A program made the position numbers and the translations under genes. 64,000 nucleotides of DNA, taken from NCBI GenBank assembly GCA_010093605.1, contig MU004193.1:751520-815519 (forward strand), given 5' to 3'. Of the stretch, positions 1-13,460 are shown in pieces. The DNA is from Lophium mytilinum. Taxonomy: Eukaryota. Every line of letters begins with the position of its first letter. The stretch's first letter is position 1. The notes below the pieces were generated by a model, which had not been told where the DNA came from, ran no database searches, and was given only the letters and a program-made list of their open reading frames with translations.

Positions 1-559
1 ATTATATACTTTCTTCTCCCTTTTAAGAGTATTCTTAGTTCTCTAAACCTTATCTTTATACTAATTTCTAAGAAAGTTACCTATATATAGCTTCTTACTA
101 TTAGTACTATAGATATTCTAGTATTTCTTTTCTAAAACGTCTTTTTTAGTATACTCTAGGGTAGCGAGCCGGGCCCTATACTACTTAACTAGGGGTTAGA
201 AGTTATAAAGCCGCAGTTTATCTTAAAGATTCTATTAGAGCTCTACTTTATTAGTTAGCGCATTTTTTAAGGCCGTATTAAGTTTTAAGACTACTCTAAG
301 CTAATTAACTAGACTTAGCTTTAATAGACTCTTAATATTAGGAAAGTATTTATTAACTAATTCTTAAGTATTATAGCTACTAAGAGCATTCTTAATTATT
401 TTAACCTCTTAGGTAATATTATTTTCTCTACCTTTTAATTTCTCTTTATTATTACTTATAATCTAAGTTTAAAGGTTATTCTAATATAGCGCGCGCCTAA
501 TGGCTTTAAATACTTAATTAATAATAGCTATTATATCTCGCGTACTATTAAGATTATCC

Positions 560-1330
560 TTACTTATTTTAAGTTTTTATTTAGAGTTAGCTAGTCGGTT
601 TCGCGCTTCTTTAGAAGTGTTCCTCGCTACTATAAGCTTTTTATCTAGGCCTTTAATATCGCCCTTAAGTATTATAAGCTTATTACTTTAGTTAACGTCG
701 GCTAGTTAATTTTGCGCTTCTTTAGAAGCGTCCCTTACTACTATAAGCTTCTTATCTAGGCCTTTAATATTGCCCTTAAGTATTATAAGCTTATTACTTT
801 AGTAGGTAGTAGCTAGTTAGTTTTATACTTTTTTAGACGCGTCCCTTATTACTATAAGCTTCTAGTTAAGGTCTACTAGGCCTTTAATATCGCCCTTAAG
901 TATTGCGAGCTCCTTACTAATATCTATAAGGCGGCGTCGCGTTCTATTAAGATTAGCTTTAGTTATATTAAGTTCTTAGTTAATATTAGCTAGTTAGTTT
1001 TATACTTCTTTAGACGCGTTCCTTACTACTATAAGCTTCTAGCGGAGGTCTACTAGGCCTTTAAAATTATTCTTTAGTATTTTAAGCTACTTATTAATAT
1101 CTATAAGGCGGTATTGCATTCTATTAAGCTTAGCCTAAGTTATATTAAGTTCTTAGTTAACGTTAGCTAGTTAGCTTTACACTTCTTTAGACGTGTTTCT
1201 TACCGCTATAAGCTTCTTACTACTATTAGTAAGGCAGTCTTGCGTTCCGTTAAGATTAACCTTAGTTAATTTAATTACTTAGTTAGTACTACTTAACTAA
1301 TCTTGCAGCCCGTTAATAGTACGCCTAGCT
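560..1330 (-). pseudogene. RIP-inactivated coiled-coil protein gene with internal tandem repeats
   Basis: Anchor TTAGA(A/C)G recurs at 611, 722, 833, 1010 and 1187, giving periods of 111, 111, 177 and 177 bp, all multiples of 3. The minus strand of one unit reads KLIILKGNIKGLDKKLIVVRDASKEAQN*. Confidence 0.7.
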
Positions 1331-4300
1331 ATTAAAAGCTTAAGATTAACCTAAGCGCGTTAATTCTATAGGCTATTATATTCTACTATTATAATTACTA
1401 TAGTAGTCTAAACTTCTCTATATCTATATACTAATATCTAGAGCCTATATATAAGAGGAAAAGGGAGCTTTTTATTTCTACCTGCTACTTTCTAGGCTTT
1501 ATAAATAAGAAGTAATAAGAAAAAAGACTAATAGTATTATATAAATTTAAAAGTTATACTATAAATTTCTAATATACCTTAGCTATAAAAGAAGATAATA
1601 TTAGCACCCCTTTAGACTTTATATATATAAATAGAAAGCGAATTATATAGATATAGGTATTAGACTAACTTTCTATAGAAGAAAATATCTATCTACCTTA
1701 GTAATTAGCTTAATACTATAATTCTAATTATAGAGTTAAGCCCCTAAAAATAGTAAAGGACCTATAGCTTCTATAATTTCTAGTACTTAAGTATTTCTAC
1801 GCTTAAAAGCATGTAGAATAGAAGTAAAACGCCGGTTACTAGTAGGTTAAGTAGCAAGAATTAAACGCCGCTAAATATAATAGCCCTCTATATAAAGACA
1901 ACGGCCTATTAAGGTAATATTCTTACTTATAGGAATTCTAGAGCGCAGTATATATAATAAGATGAATAGTATAGTATAGACAGGATAATTATAATTTAGG
2001 TTTATTATTAGTATATTAGATATAGGTAAAAGCCTAATACTTCTAAATTATCCTCTAGGTCTAATAAAGCGTGTATTAGAAATAGAGGAAGAATAATATA
2101 TAGCTTTAGATAGTAGTAACCTTACTTTTATACTTTAAAGGCTAGCACTTAAAACCTATCTTAAAAACGGCGCATAGCCTAATTAAACTAGTAATAGAAG
2201 GTAACTAAGCGGTATATTCTAGATATATTAAGAATAGTAAAGTATATAATATCTAATACTATTTTATTACTTAGAGCGGCTTTATATTAAGGCGTTTAGA
2301 ATAGTAGCCCTTACTAGATGTAATAAGTTTATTTAAGATAGTTCCGCAGCGCTTAAAGCTAGTTACGTGTAAGCTTGCAGGTTCTTTTAAATTATATAAT
2401 ATTAATATTATATTTATAGCCTCTAGATACTAGAAATACTTTAAAGTATAGTATATCTATCTAGTCTATTCTAGTAATATATAATACTCTATATATAATT
2501 CTTTCTATAAGCTAGAAAAGTTAAGGGTGCTTATATATATTATCTATATCCTATAAAGCTAAATCCTTAGAAATAACCCGTAGGTTAGTAGTAATATATT
2601 ATAAAGTGCTAATTTTATATTCTATATATATTCCACTTTATTCTAAGCCCTGTAAAGTCTAGTTAATATAGTTTACTATAGTTTTAATATTGCTATAGAG
2701 TTAAATTATTTCCTAGAGTATTTTTAAAGCTTTAACTAACTATTCTAGGCTTAGCTCTAGCACTTTCTAAAAACTATATTTCTTTTTCTTCTCCTGCTAT
2801 AAATAAACATTTTAGGCATAAATAAAATCCCGTAATAATAAGATTGCGCGCTTAGTACTTTTTAATAATACTATATAGTATAAGACTATATTAGTATATT
2901 AGTCGCCCGCCTTTTAAAGAATAATTACTAACTTAGAGGATATTATATATTTAAGATATTCTTATATTCTAAATAACTCTCTCTTAAGAAATAAGACTAG
3001 TTATCCTATTTACTTTAATCTATTATTTATAGAGAGTGTAGAATTTTAAAGTAGATAGCGCATCTTATAGGTAAGTAATAATTCTAGAATAGAGTCTTTA
3101 AGGTCTATAATAGACTCTTACTAGAGGTATATAGCCTATAGAATCTTAAATTATAGCGTAAATAGAATATATAAGTAGTGCTAATTATAATTATAAATTA
3201 CCTAGAAACGGAATATTACTACTATTATAAGAAGAAAGTAGCTAAGATAACTCTTCTATCCCTACTAGCTTTTAGTTTTAGTAGATAGCTTAAGAGTGGA
3301 AATTGCAGTAGTATCCTTATATACTGCTGCGAGAGTCTATTATTAGAGGGCGTCTCGGCTTATTAGCTTCTACTTATTATTCTAGCCCTAGGCTAGGTTA
3401 ATAGTTACTAGTTTTAGCTTAGGCATTATATCTTAACTAACGCTAGGCGCAAGCTTCTATAGGGGCATAAGAATAGAGTAGAAGTAAGCTAGTAAATAGA
3501 AAATAGATAGGCTATAGAACTTTTATAACTACTCTAGAGTAAGGGGATATATAATAAGAGTAGATAAAGTATATCTATAGTCGCGTTAAAGAAATATCTA
3601 GAAAAAAGTAAGAATAATAAGGCGATTATATAAAGACTAAAAAAAAAATATCTATTAGAATAATCTAAAATAGCTAGGTAAGGCAAGAGCTCTACGCACT
3701 TCTAAGAGAAGTATTATTAATAAGCGTATATATAACTAAAGCTTAAAAAGCGCGTTTTAAGCTACTAAAAATTTATAAGTCTAATCTTATAGATTAGGCT
3801 AAGCTAATATATATAGTTTCTATGTAGAGAGGGCTTTTATAACGCCGTTAGTAATCTTATATTCTAAGAATAGAATTAAAATATCCGCTTTCCCTCTAGT
3901 ATATATATATACCTAGAAGGTAAGACTATACTTTCTATTAGCCTTTATTACTCTTTATAACGCTACTATATAGCTTATAGCTACTACTAATAATTATCTA
4001 GTTAGATTACTAGACTACTACTCTTAGTATATAACTAGGGAACTTAAGCTTATAATTAGGCGGGTTTTATTACGCGCATGTAGAATAATTAGGGGTGCTA
4101 ATTTAGATAGAACCTTCTATAATAGAAATAGAAACACTTAGTTAAGAGGTAACTAGTTAAAAGCTTAAGTAGCTAATATATTAGCGGTTATAGAGCACTA
4201 GAAGGAGTCGCTACGGGCTATATCTATCTAATCCGCGTAAGTATTTATCGCTAATAGAATATATAGTAGGTTTAGTAAAAAAGAGAGCTAAGTAGTCTAT

Positions 4301-4799
4301 AGAAAAAGTAGATAACTACTTATAGAATTAGAAGCGGGAAGTAGTAGGGTAATAAGTAAGAGTTATAGTCTTAAAGTATTTACGTATAATATATAATAAG
4401 CGTTAGCTAAGTTAATAATCTTTTAGGCTTTTTGCACGTTATTAAGGGCTAAAGTTATAAGTTAAGAATCCTTAGTATTAGTTTCTTAGCGTTTCTTACT
4501 AAACTTTATATAGGAGCACCACCTATTTAAATATTAAATTATTTAACGCCCTTCTAATAATAATAAGTAAGGTTTCTTGCCCGTGCTATATAATTACTTA
4601 CTAATATTTTCTAGTATTATAGTAAACCTTGCGCTAGAGCTCTACCTTACCTATACTACTTATACGTGTTGCTATAGTTCTAATTAAAACCCTGTCTTTT
4701 TATCTTAACGCCTTAATATTATATAGCTCCTCTACCTAGGGTAGCCTATAGTAGAAATTACTATATAAGTAAAAGTTATATATAGCTATATATACTATA

Positions 4800-5230
4800 T
4801 ATATAAACTTAGTATAATATAGCGTCCCGGTTATACTGCAATTTATAAAGGTTAGACCCCGTAAGCTTACTTAGGCGGATAAGAATAGAGTCTCTAAGTA
4901 GCTGCTAGAAGAGGGCTAGAGAGACCGGGATAAGATTATTAAGTAGCTTAACTTAGAGTGTAGTATTAAGGTTTTACGGATATACGTCTCTTATATACTT
5001 AAATAGTATAAGTAGACTAGAAAGGCTATAAAGCATTAGTTAAACTAGACTAGCTAAGAGCTCTACTATATCTTTTATAGTATAAACCTAAGAATATCTT
5101 TCTAGATAAGTCTATCTTTAATAAGAAGATAGGCTAGCGCCTATTAGCTAGCCTACTTACTATAAGAATAATATAAACTATAGTAAGATATAGGCTATTC
5201 TCGCCGCTATAATACTATAAGAATAGATCT
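4800..5230 (+). mobile_element. RIP-mutated Tc1/mariner (IS630-like) DDE transposase relic
   Basis: 5102-5140 reads L-D-K-S-I-F-N-K-K-I-G-*-R, which de-RIPs to LDESIFNEKTGWR (first catalytic Asp motif of fungal Tc1-like transposases). An RPRKLT-like segment lies upstream at ~4855. Confidence 0.7.
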
Positions 5231-5479
5231 ATTACTACTACTACTATCTACACCTAGTATATTATAACTTTATTAACTTTCTATAAGCTTTAATTAAGTA
5301 GAGTCTCTATAATTAGTTTACCTATAAGTAGTTCCGCTATACTACTAGAGTTATATATATATAGATAGAGAAGCTAGAGTAGATTTAGGTACACCTAGAT
5401 GCCTATAAGAATAGTAATAGAAAGAATTAGGTTAAGAATAATACTAAGAAGAAGAATAGTAAGGTTAAATTATATTCTC

Positions 5480-5660
5480 TATATAGCTCTTCTATTTTAT
5501 ATATACTCTATATAGTTCTCTTATATTATAGCTTAGCCTTTCTATTTTATATATACTCTATGCCGCTATTAGCTTATAGCTTATATATTAGTAGTAAGAA
5601 TTAATCTAAAGCTTATATATTAGTAGTAAGAATTAATCTAAGGCTTATATATTAGGGTAG
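5480..5660. repeat. Short tandem repeat array (~32-bp unit GCTTATATATTAGTAGTAAGAATTAATCTAAR) with duplicated TCTATTTTATATATACTCTAT
   Basis: Direct repeats visible at 5579-5655 and at 5491/5541. Confidence 0.8.
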
Positions 5661-6909
5661 AGTAAAGATATTAGATAAAGTTTAATAGGTATTATTTAAT
5701 TTCTACTATATATTCTTACCTCTCTTCTACCTCTCTTACTTCTTTAGACTCTATATACTATTAATTACTACTTCTATAATACTATAGCTAATAACGCTAG
5801 TAATTTTAGCTTTATTTCTAGCCTAATTAATAATCTTCTTATAGAACCCTCTCCCTCTCTACCCTCTACTACGCCGCCTTTTAGGCCCTTTAGGGTTCGC
5901 CCGGATCCTCTAGTAATATAGGTAGTAGCGGCCGGGCCGCTCCCTACTAAAAAGAAAATAATAGGCGTTTAAGCTAAAAATAAAAAGCTAGAAGCTTTCT
6001 CTAGTAAGAGCCTAGAGAATTCTAGCCCTTAAAGGCTTTATATAGTGCGTAGTAAGCCTATATACCCCCTTTCTACTTTTACTACTAGTAGAGATATTTA
6101 TAATGTGCCCTACTAGAAGAATAAGAAAGAAGATAATAATAATAAGCCTGCCCCCCCTCTATAGAAGGAAGATAATAAGTCTACGCCCCCTCTACTAGAA
6201 GATAAGAAGAAAGAAAAGAAAAAAAAAGAAAGGCCTAATTCTTCTTAACTATATATAATTCCTAGTATAGTAGCTTAAATATAGCTAACCTATTTATATA
6301 GAAAGCGCTATACTTACTATCTACCTTCTTCTTTTACTATTACTATTATTCTAGGCCTACTAACTCCCTTTTAGTATGCTAATAACCTTACTACTACTCT
6401 TACCTCCTCTACTATTACTACAGCCCTCTAAGAGTACTTCCGCCGCGCTAAGCTTACCTACGTAGAGCTTATTAACGGCTAATATAGCTAGAATTAGGCG
6501 GCCCTAACATGCAGTATATACCTAGAGTGCGCCTAGAATATATCTACTAGAGGCTATTATTAGTATAATATTAATTTCTATACTAATAATAATCTAGGTA
6601 GTAAATATAGTGCGTATAGGGTTATAAGTAAGCGCTATACTTAGGTTAATACTACGGGAGATAGAGTAGTATTTAAGCGGACCCTAAAGCCTAGGGCTAG
6701 TTATGCTAGAAGGAGGGAGAATTAAGCCTAATTAACTATGCATTTAGGAACTATAAATATAACTTTTTAATTCTATAACTACTAATTAATATTATTATAT
6801 ATCTAGTATATAGATGTAAATATACGCGTTTAGATGCGTAATTTAGTTCTCTATTTATATAATTTAGACTTATACCTACTAAGATATAATAAAGTAATAA
6901 ATTCTATCT

Positions 6910-7145
6910 CTATATAGCCTTTCTATCTTATATATACTTTATATAGCCTTTCCGTTTTATATATACTCTATGCAGCCTCTAGCCTAAAATTTAAGTATAA
7001 GTAGTAATAGTAGCGATTCTTATTTTAAGGTCTAAGTATTAGTAGTGGAAATCTTATATTAAGGTTTAAGTATTAGTAGTAAGGATTAATTTCGGGCTTA
7101 AGTATTAGCGGTAAGAATCTTATTTTAAGGCTTAAGTATTAGCGC
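6910..7145. repeat. Second array of the same two motifs (~32-bp TAAGTATTAGTAGT-containing units)
   Basis: Four to five units at 6990-7143, preceded by duplicated GCCTTTC(T/C)...TTATATATAC, matching the 5480-5660 array. Confidence 0.75.
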
Positions 7146-9952
7146 GGGGAAAAGTTACCTATATATTCTAGCCTTAGACTTCTATTCTACCTATCTCTAT
7201 ATATAAGCTTATAATTTTTATTTCTATAATTAGTTAACGCTTTTAACTTATCTAACTATATTTACTATAAACGCGTCTAGTATATTACTACTAGTAGTAG
7301 CCTTCTTAAGTAGGTTATCTATAGACTACAGCGTATATATAATATAGTTAAACTTTTATTCTATATAATAAATTTATTTAATGCCTTATAAATAGGTACT
7401 ATATAAACTCTATAGCTTAAGTATTATAATTTAACGGGCTCTATAAAGAGTGTGCCTAACGCCTAAAATACTAGTAGTACTAATTAGTATTATTAGCGTA
7501 AAGTTTTCTATATACTAGATATTACCGTGCTAGTCCCGCGTAATACTACTATTATTTTTATAGCGGCGTTATCTCTAGAATCTATAGACTGTAGCCTTTC
7601 TCTCTACTTTACTAAGCTATACCCTAAATAATTAAACCTTATAGTGCAGGTATGCTAGTTTTATCTACTTATAGAGTAATAACGCAGCAGCTAGAAAAAA
7701 TATAAGAATTATAAGCTGCTCTAGATAGTCCTTAAGCTTATTAGAAATACTAGTCTAGTTCTAATGCTTATATATAGAATCTATATCTTCTTAGTCTATC
7801 TCTTATATAATTTCTAATATCTTCTAAGTCTTAAAACTTAATGCAGTAATTTTACCGGTAAATCTTTAGTATAGTAAGTTAGAATTAGATAGATACTATC
7901 TCTTTTCTCTAATAGCTTCTATAGTTAACCTATACTTAAGATAGCTATTATATTATAATCTTTTAAGGGCTAGAAAGCTAAATACTAGGCGCTACTAATA
8001 GGTTAGGCTTATAAGTTTACCCCGCGGAAATACTAGTAGGTCTCCCTAACTATCTTAATACTTCTATTCTCTAAGGCTCTCTATATATATTACACGCACT
8101 CTTACTATTATATAATTAATACCTACCTAGACTTTAAGTTAATTCCTTACGTCTAGATAGTAGATCTCTATCTACTTATCTAGTAGAGGAAGCGGTATTA
8201 GAGGCTCCTGCGTATTTATACTACTTACCTAAAGACCTCTAGTCTCTATAGTTTAATAGATTATAACTAGACTAAAAACCTTAGCCTATTATATTACTTA
8301 GATTCTAATCTAGTCTTTAAAACCTTAAAGGGAACTAGTATTATAGTTAGTAAGAATATAATTAAACTTAGCCTAGATATTACCTAGAACGCGGCTTAAG
8401 TATACTATATATACGCTTTAAATCTCTTCCGCTACTTACTCTAACTCTCTTCTTATTTTAATATTCTACTACTGCTCTAGAAACTTAATATATATTATTA
8501 TATTATCTAGGCCTCTATTCTATAGCGTTCTAGATAGTACCTATAGAATAGGCTAGGTGGCAGGGTTAATATATATTATAGCTAGAACACGCTAGAAGAG
8601 ATTAAAACTTAGTAGCTTTTTCTTATAGAATTTATTAACGCTAATTATTCTAAACTATATATAGACCTCTAGAGCATCTTTTAGCTTATAGATTCTATAT
8701 AGTAGCTTCTAGTAATATAATAGATCTAGTATATAGCTCTTAAAAGAAAGTAGTATTATAATAATAAGGTTTTTAGACTAGCCTAACCTTAGGCTATACT
8801 ATATAACGCGAATAGTAGAGTTAGATATTATATTAATCTAAAAGTTTAGTATATAAAGCTTATATTAACTCCGCTTAATATTATTACTAGAACTACTAGT
8901 CTTACGGTACCTAATATAGAGATCTATACTACTATAGCCCGTCTAGCTTTTATTAAAGGTTTTATTAAACTCTTATATCTATTAGCCTTTTAAGGCCGGG
9001 GGAATAATAATTAATATATTTCTCTAGACAGGCTAGAGGCCTATAGAGATACTGTGTAGCTTATAGATATATTATAATAGGTACGCTATAACTCTACTTA
9101 GATATAATATGCCTTAATTGGCGCCTTTATATAGGTATCTACTATTATATATTAGGCTATTAGCTCTATAGGGTTCTAGAATTAACCGGGACTTATTAAC
9201 CTTAGTATAGTAGCCCTCTAGCACAGCGTTTACCTAGTATATTACTAGAAACTCTATAGTTTTTCTAAGACCCTATTTATCTCTATTAAATCCGCCTTAT
9301 ATAGTACTATGCTGGCGCAGTATCTATATAACTACTAGCACTTAGTAAGTATATAGTTATTATTTTAAACCGGGCACTAAGATTCTATTACTTTTAGTAT
9401 CTTCTAGAATGTTAAATAGTATATAAGCTTAGGCCTAGAGCTTATCTATTATATACTTAGTTATTATACTAGCCTACGTAGTCTTTTTCTAAATAACTAT
9501 TTATACTTTACTTTATATATCTATTATATAGCTATTCTATATATTTTTTAATACCTATACGTTACTTTTATTATAGTAGTTATAGCGGGAAAGCTTATAT
9601 TTATATAGTAAATAGTACTTTACTTTAAAATAAATATACTAGAATATAAAAGTAAGTTTATATTTAGCGTAATAAATACTAGTTCTATAAACTTTTACCT
9701 CTACCGCTACCTTAGGTTATACCCCTAGTGTCCGGCGTATAGCGTATATTCTAGAACTAAAATAGTAATTCTATAAAAATAGTATCTAATAGTAAGTATT
9801 CTATTTAAAGAGACCCTAATTTAGCATTTATTTCTCTATCTTTTAATAACTAGGAAAATTATTTATAGTTAGCCTTAACTCTTATTAGTAAATATTAATC
9901 TTTATTCTATATTATACTTATTTTTAAGTTACTAAACTATTATCTTCTAATC

Positions 9953-10178
9953 TAGTACTAGGCTATAAGTCTGGAAATATAGATTTATTATAGCTCGGCT
10001 CTAACTTGCTTACTCGACACCGCTGTTGGGGGTAGCCTGCTACTGAGCAGCTAGTTAGTTAAGAGGCAGTCTAATCTGCACTGCTTGAAGCTTGACATCG
10101 CCCTTGCGTTTTTGAAACCCTGTGGGGGTACCCCAAGCAGTGGCGAACTAGTGTGCCTAGACTTGTGGCCTATTACTG
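9953..10178 (-). mobile_element. Tc1-type MITE, copy 1 (left end RIP-mutated)
   Basis: Ends are TAGTACTAGGCTATAAGTCTGG and GTGCCTAGACTTGTGGCCTATTACTG. The interior aligns by eye with the reverse complement of 41114-41345. Confidence 0.8.
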
Positions 10179-10419
10179 TCCTTAATCTGGCTGTGCTCAG
10201 GGGTGGCTTCAAGACTTAGAATGGCCTGCCAATTATTCGAGTTATTCTTTCGATTCTAGGTGCTCTCGTGGAGGCTGCTCTTATGCAATATCAATTAGCC
10301 CTCTATTTATGCCCTCTTCCTATTAAGCGTTTTACAGACATTATCTTCTCACCCTTCTACCCTCCCCGGGAGTTTTACAGCCTCCTGCAAGTACCAACAG
10401 GTCAGTGTCAAATTTTTAT

Positions 10420-10648
10420 CAATCCAACAGGCCACAATTTTGTGCACCCTTAGTCACCACTGCCAGGAGCACCCCAATGGGGAGACCACAACGGAGGCGT
10501 CATGTCAAGTTTTAGACCGCGTAATCTGAGCTTCCTCTTGACCAAGAGATATCCTCGCAATGGGGCCGCCCTTGACGGTGGTGTCCAGCTTGCAAAAGCC
10601 ACATTTAAACAATGATATTCGTGTGCCCAAACTTATGGCCTAGTACTG
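10420..10648 (+). mobile_element. Tc1-type MITE, copy 2
   Basis: Right TIR GTGCCCAAACTTATGGCCTAGTACTG is followed by TA. Left end CAGGCCACAATTTTGTGCAC. The interior is colinear with 41114-41345. Confidence 0.75.
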
Positions 10649-10941
10649 TACCTTTCTCTCTCCATGCCAATCTTAACAGGTACAGACACGCTACTAGACC
10701 AGTCCAGTAGAAACATGTGTCAACAAACTCAAACTGATAAGCGACGATATGGAGTGCGGCAAGAAGCGGGCTCACGCGGTGTTCGAAATGCGGCGAATGG
10801 TCCATGGCGATTGCATTCACTGGAAAGAGCAGAACTTCGACATAAGTTCAAAGTTTGAGGGACCTGCAAAATTTTGACACAACACGACTGCGAAATATTG
10901 ACATCGAAGTGCCAACACCTTCAAACCGACAATACTCCACC

Positions 10942-13460
10942 ATGATTTTCGACAGAACCAACGTGAGCGTCGCGATCGTCCACCCGAACGGAAACGAGTT
11001 TGTCGAGTACGACACAGAGGTCGCTCCTAGCTCCACCAGCTCCACGGGGTGGTACAAAGGCAATGCGAACGTAACCCACGCACGTAAGTGTTCCATCTCC
11101 GTGGAACACAACGAGGAGTATGGCATCAAGGTAGTTCTGCCACCGAATGCTTTGCAAGCACGCCCAGGGTGGGGGGCCCAAGTCTCCATCACTGTCGACG
11201 GCTGCGCCAACGAAAAGGCGTAACTCTCCATCTGACTCGTTTCGTGCCCTACGGCGAGTGGCTGCCCTTGAGGTCGAATCAAAGACAGCAAAAGAACATC
11301 CTCTTTGAGGATTGTGTGGTACGAACCCAACATACAACTTTTACAGGAGAGAGGGAGACGCTCCTGAAGAAGGCCACGTTCAAATTCGTGGCAGTTCGTC
11401 CAGGTTAGTGATCGGCGCACACGATACTGAAAACTATGCTGACCTTAACAAAGCCGACAATCTCTACCTTGACGGATCTTACGAGGCCTCGCAGGCCGAG
11501 TTCATCGGCCGCATCGTAGTCGATGTGCAGATTGGGAAGGCAGAAGAGCTCTTGTCTCCTGCAGAGCCTATCTATGGCCTGACGCGTGAGAACACCATGC
11601 CATGGTGTATCAGACCGGAAAATCCAGTAGTAACAGAATTCGCCTATCGTAAAGGAGTCCACTACTGCACGAAGTAGGTCCACTAGTCATTCGCACCAGT
11701 AGAGTTTCCACTAAACCTTTTGTAGGTTACAGACAACTGGTACAGTGGACGTGGCTCCCACGTCCTCTTACGTATTCAATAGAGGGATTCATTGCGAGAG
11801 AGGTATCAACCACCGGTTCATTTTCTACGCGAGAGACTACGGTAAATTGCGGTCTTACCATCATATTTCCATCAAGAGCAAGTTCTAACATAGATAACAG
11901 CGTATATCACCCTCCCTCGTCTCTCCTCTGTAGCAGCTGAGGACCCCGTTATGGCAGAAGATTTCGCCCAAAGATACGGAGACGTCGAAGGATCGATCAA
12001 TCCATACGGGAAGTTGCAGTACGAGCCCGCCTCGGCGTCCAAAGAGGCCACTCAACGTGAGCGCTTCCTTACCTCAACCCCACAGCCCGTCCGTCTAGCG
12101 CCTCCAAAAAAACGCAAACAAGTCTACTCGAAGCGGCGCGTGAGTCAACAAACACCGGAGTCTGAGCACGATGCGGCTTTAGACCACGTGTCGAAGCGGC
12201 TCAAGTCCGCCACGTTGACTCCGCAACCTAAGAGTCGTCGTCACACACAGGTATCTCGTGCCAGCACTCATATAATTAATTGTTCTCGCGGTTCGTCGCA
12301 AACAGCGGCCTCCCAGCGACCCCTTCGATCCCGTACCACTGCACACGCTTCCGTCGCCAGTGGTCGTACTCCGTCCAGAGACCAAACTTTTGTTGACATC
12401 GACATGTCAGAGACCCTCAGCGTTGACTATGCTCACGCCGAGCACCTCATAACGTCCACGGAAGAGCTCATCACCAACCCCACCCTCACTTCAGCCGGCC
12501 CCATTCAACCGCCTGCACGCCTTCAAACTATTGCTGAGGAGCCCTCGCCCTCTGAACTGACCGGCAGAGCCACTCACGCAGCTGCCCCGAAACTGGACCT
12601 CACGAAAGAGGAGCTCAAGGACAAAGCGTTCTTGGCCCTTGCTATGGAGTCGGTGATCAACGCCAGGCATCGTGAGCTGCGGCAGGCCGAGATCGACGAG
12701 CTGGAGACGAAATACAAGCTCGCCCTGCTCCGTTGCGAGAAGTCGCAGGAGAAGTCGCAGGAGCCGGCGGTGTATGGCGACGAGGGGTGAGGACTGGCTC
12801 TGGCGGAGAGGCAGATTTCTGGTAAGACGACGGGTTGGGGGTCTTGCTGACCTTGGTCAGCACCGGGTATTGTTTTTTCATTCTTATCTTGATTTGATGT
12901 TTTTAATGATAGGTTGCTTGCAAGTCTGGAATCGGGCCTCTCCCGCCCGTTGCCTCGCCCGCGGTCCCCCTCGCCTCCCCGCTCCGACGATGAGCTCGTC
13001 TCAGACGAGTATCTGGGCGGCTTTTTAGCCGAGTCCGGGGAGTCGTCGTTCTACGGCGACGCTGTAAGAATACCTGTATGATGTCTTGTAAAATGCGTAC
13101 TGAATGCAATCTTTAGCCAAGTGAAACTTCCTCGGCGCGAGAGCGTTGAGATGCCCGCCCGGAAGGAGTCCTGGACTCCGACGACGAGGACCTGATCCTC
13201 GAGGCCATGCCCGAGGCCGGGGGGGAGGCTAAGGCTAAGGTCAAGGCCAAGGGCGACGACGACGACGAGCCCGCGCTGAAGGTAGCTATGGCTGATCTAG
13301 TTGCATGATGTTTATATTACTAACATGTCTTTAAGCGCCGGCGCCTGCAAAGGGGGCTGCGGCCCAGAAGCCCGTTAGAGGACGGAGAAAGTAAGAATGA
13401 ACACCTCTTGTCTCGTGTATGCGTAGGATGCATTGCTAATACTTTAAGTGAAGACGCGGC
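10942..13460 (+). pseudogene. Multi-exon DUF7918-like hypothetical protein gene with apparent frameshifts
   Basis: N-terminus MIFDRTNVSVAIVHPNGNEFVEYD...EEYGIKVVLP...VSITVDG...ATFKFVAV resembles fungal DUF7918 proteins. Intron 11404-11453 (GTTAGT...GCTGAC...AAG) joins ORF frames correctly, and further introns follow. A 279-aa exon lies at 11951-12790. Frame breaks occur near 11214, 12784 and 12966. Confidence 0.55.

Larger units (their letters stand above)
1..9950. repeat. AT-rich RIP-degenerated block (relics of transposons and host-like genes)
   Basis: TA is very abundant and CA/TG nearly absent, while CG survives. The ORF track has no ORF >=60 aa before 10268. Composition returns sharply to normal at ~9950-10000. 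Confidence 0.95.
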
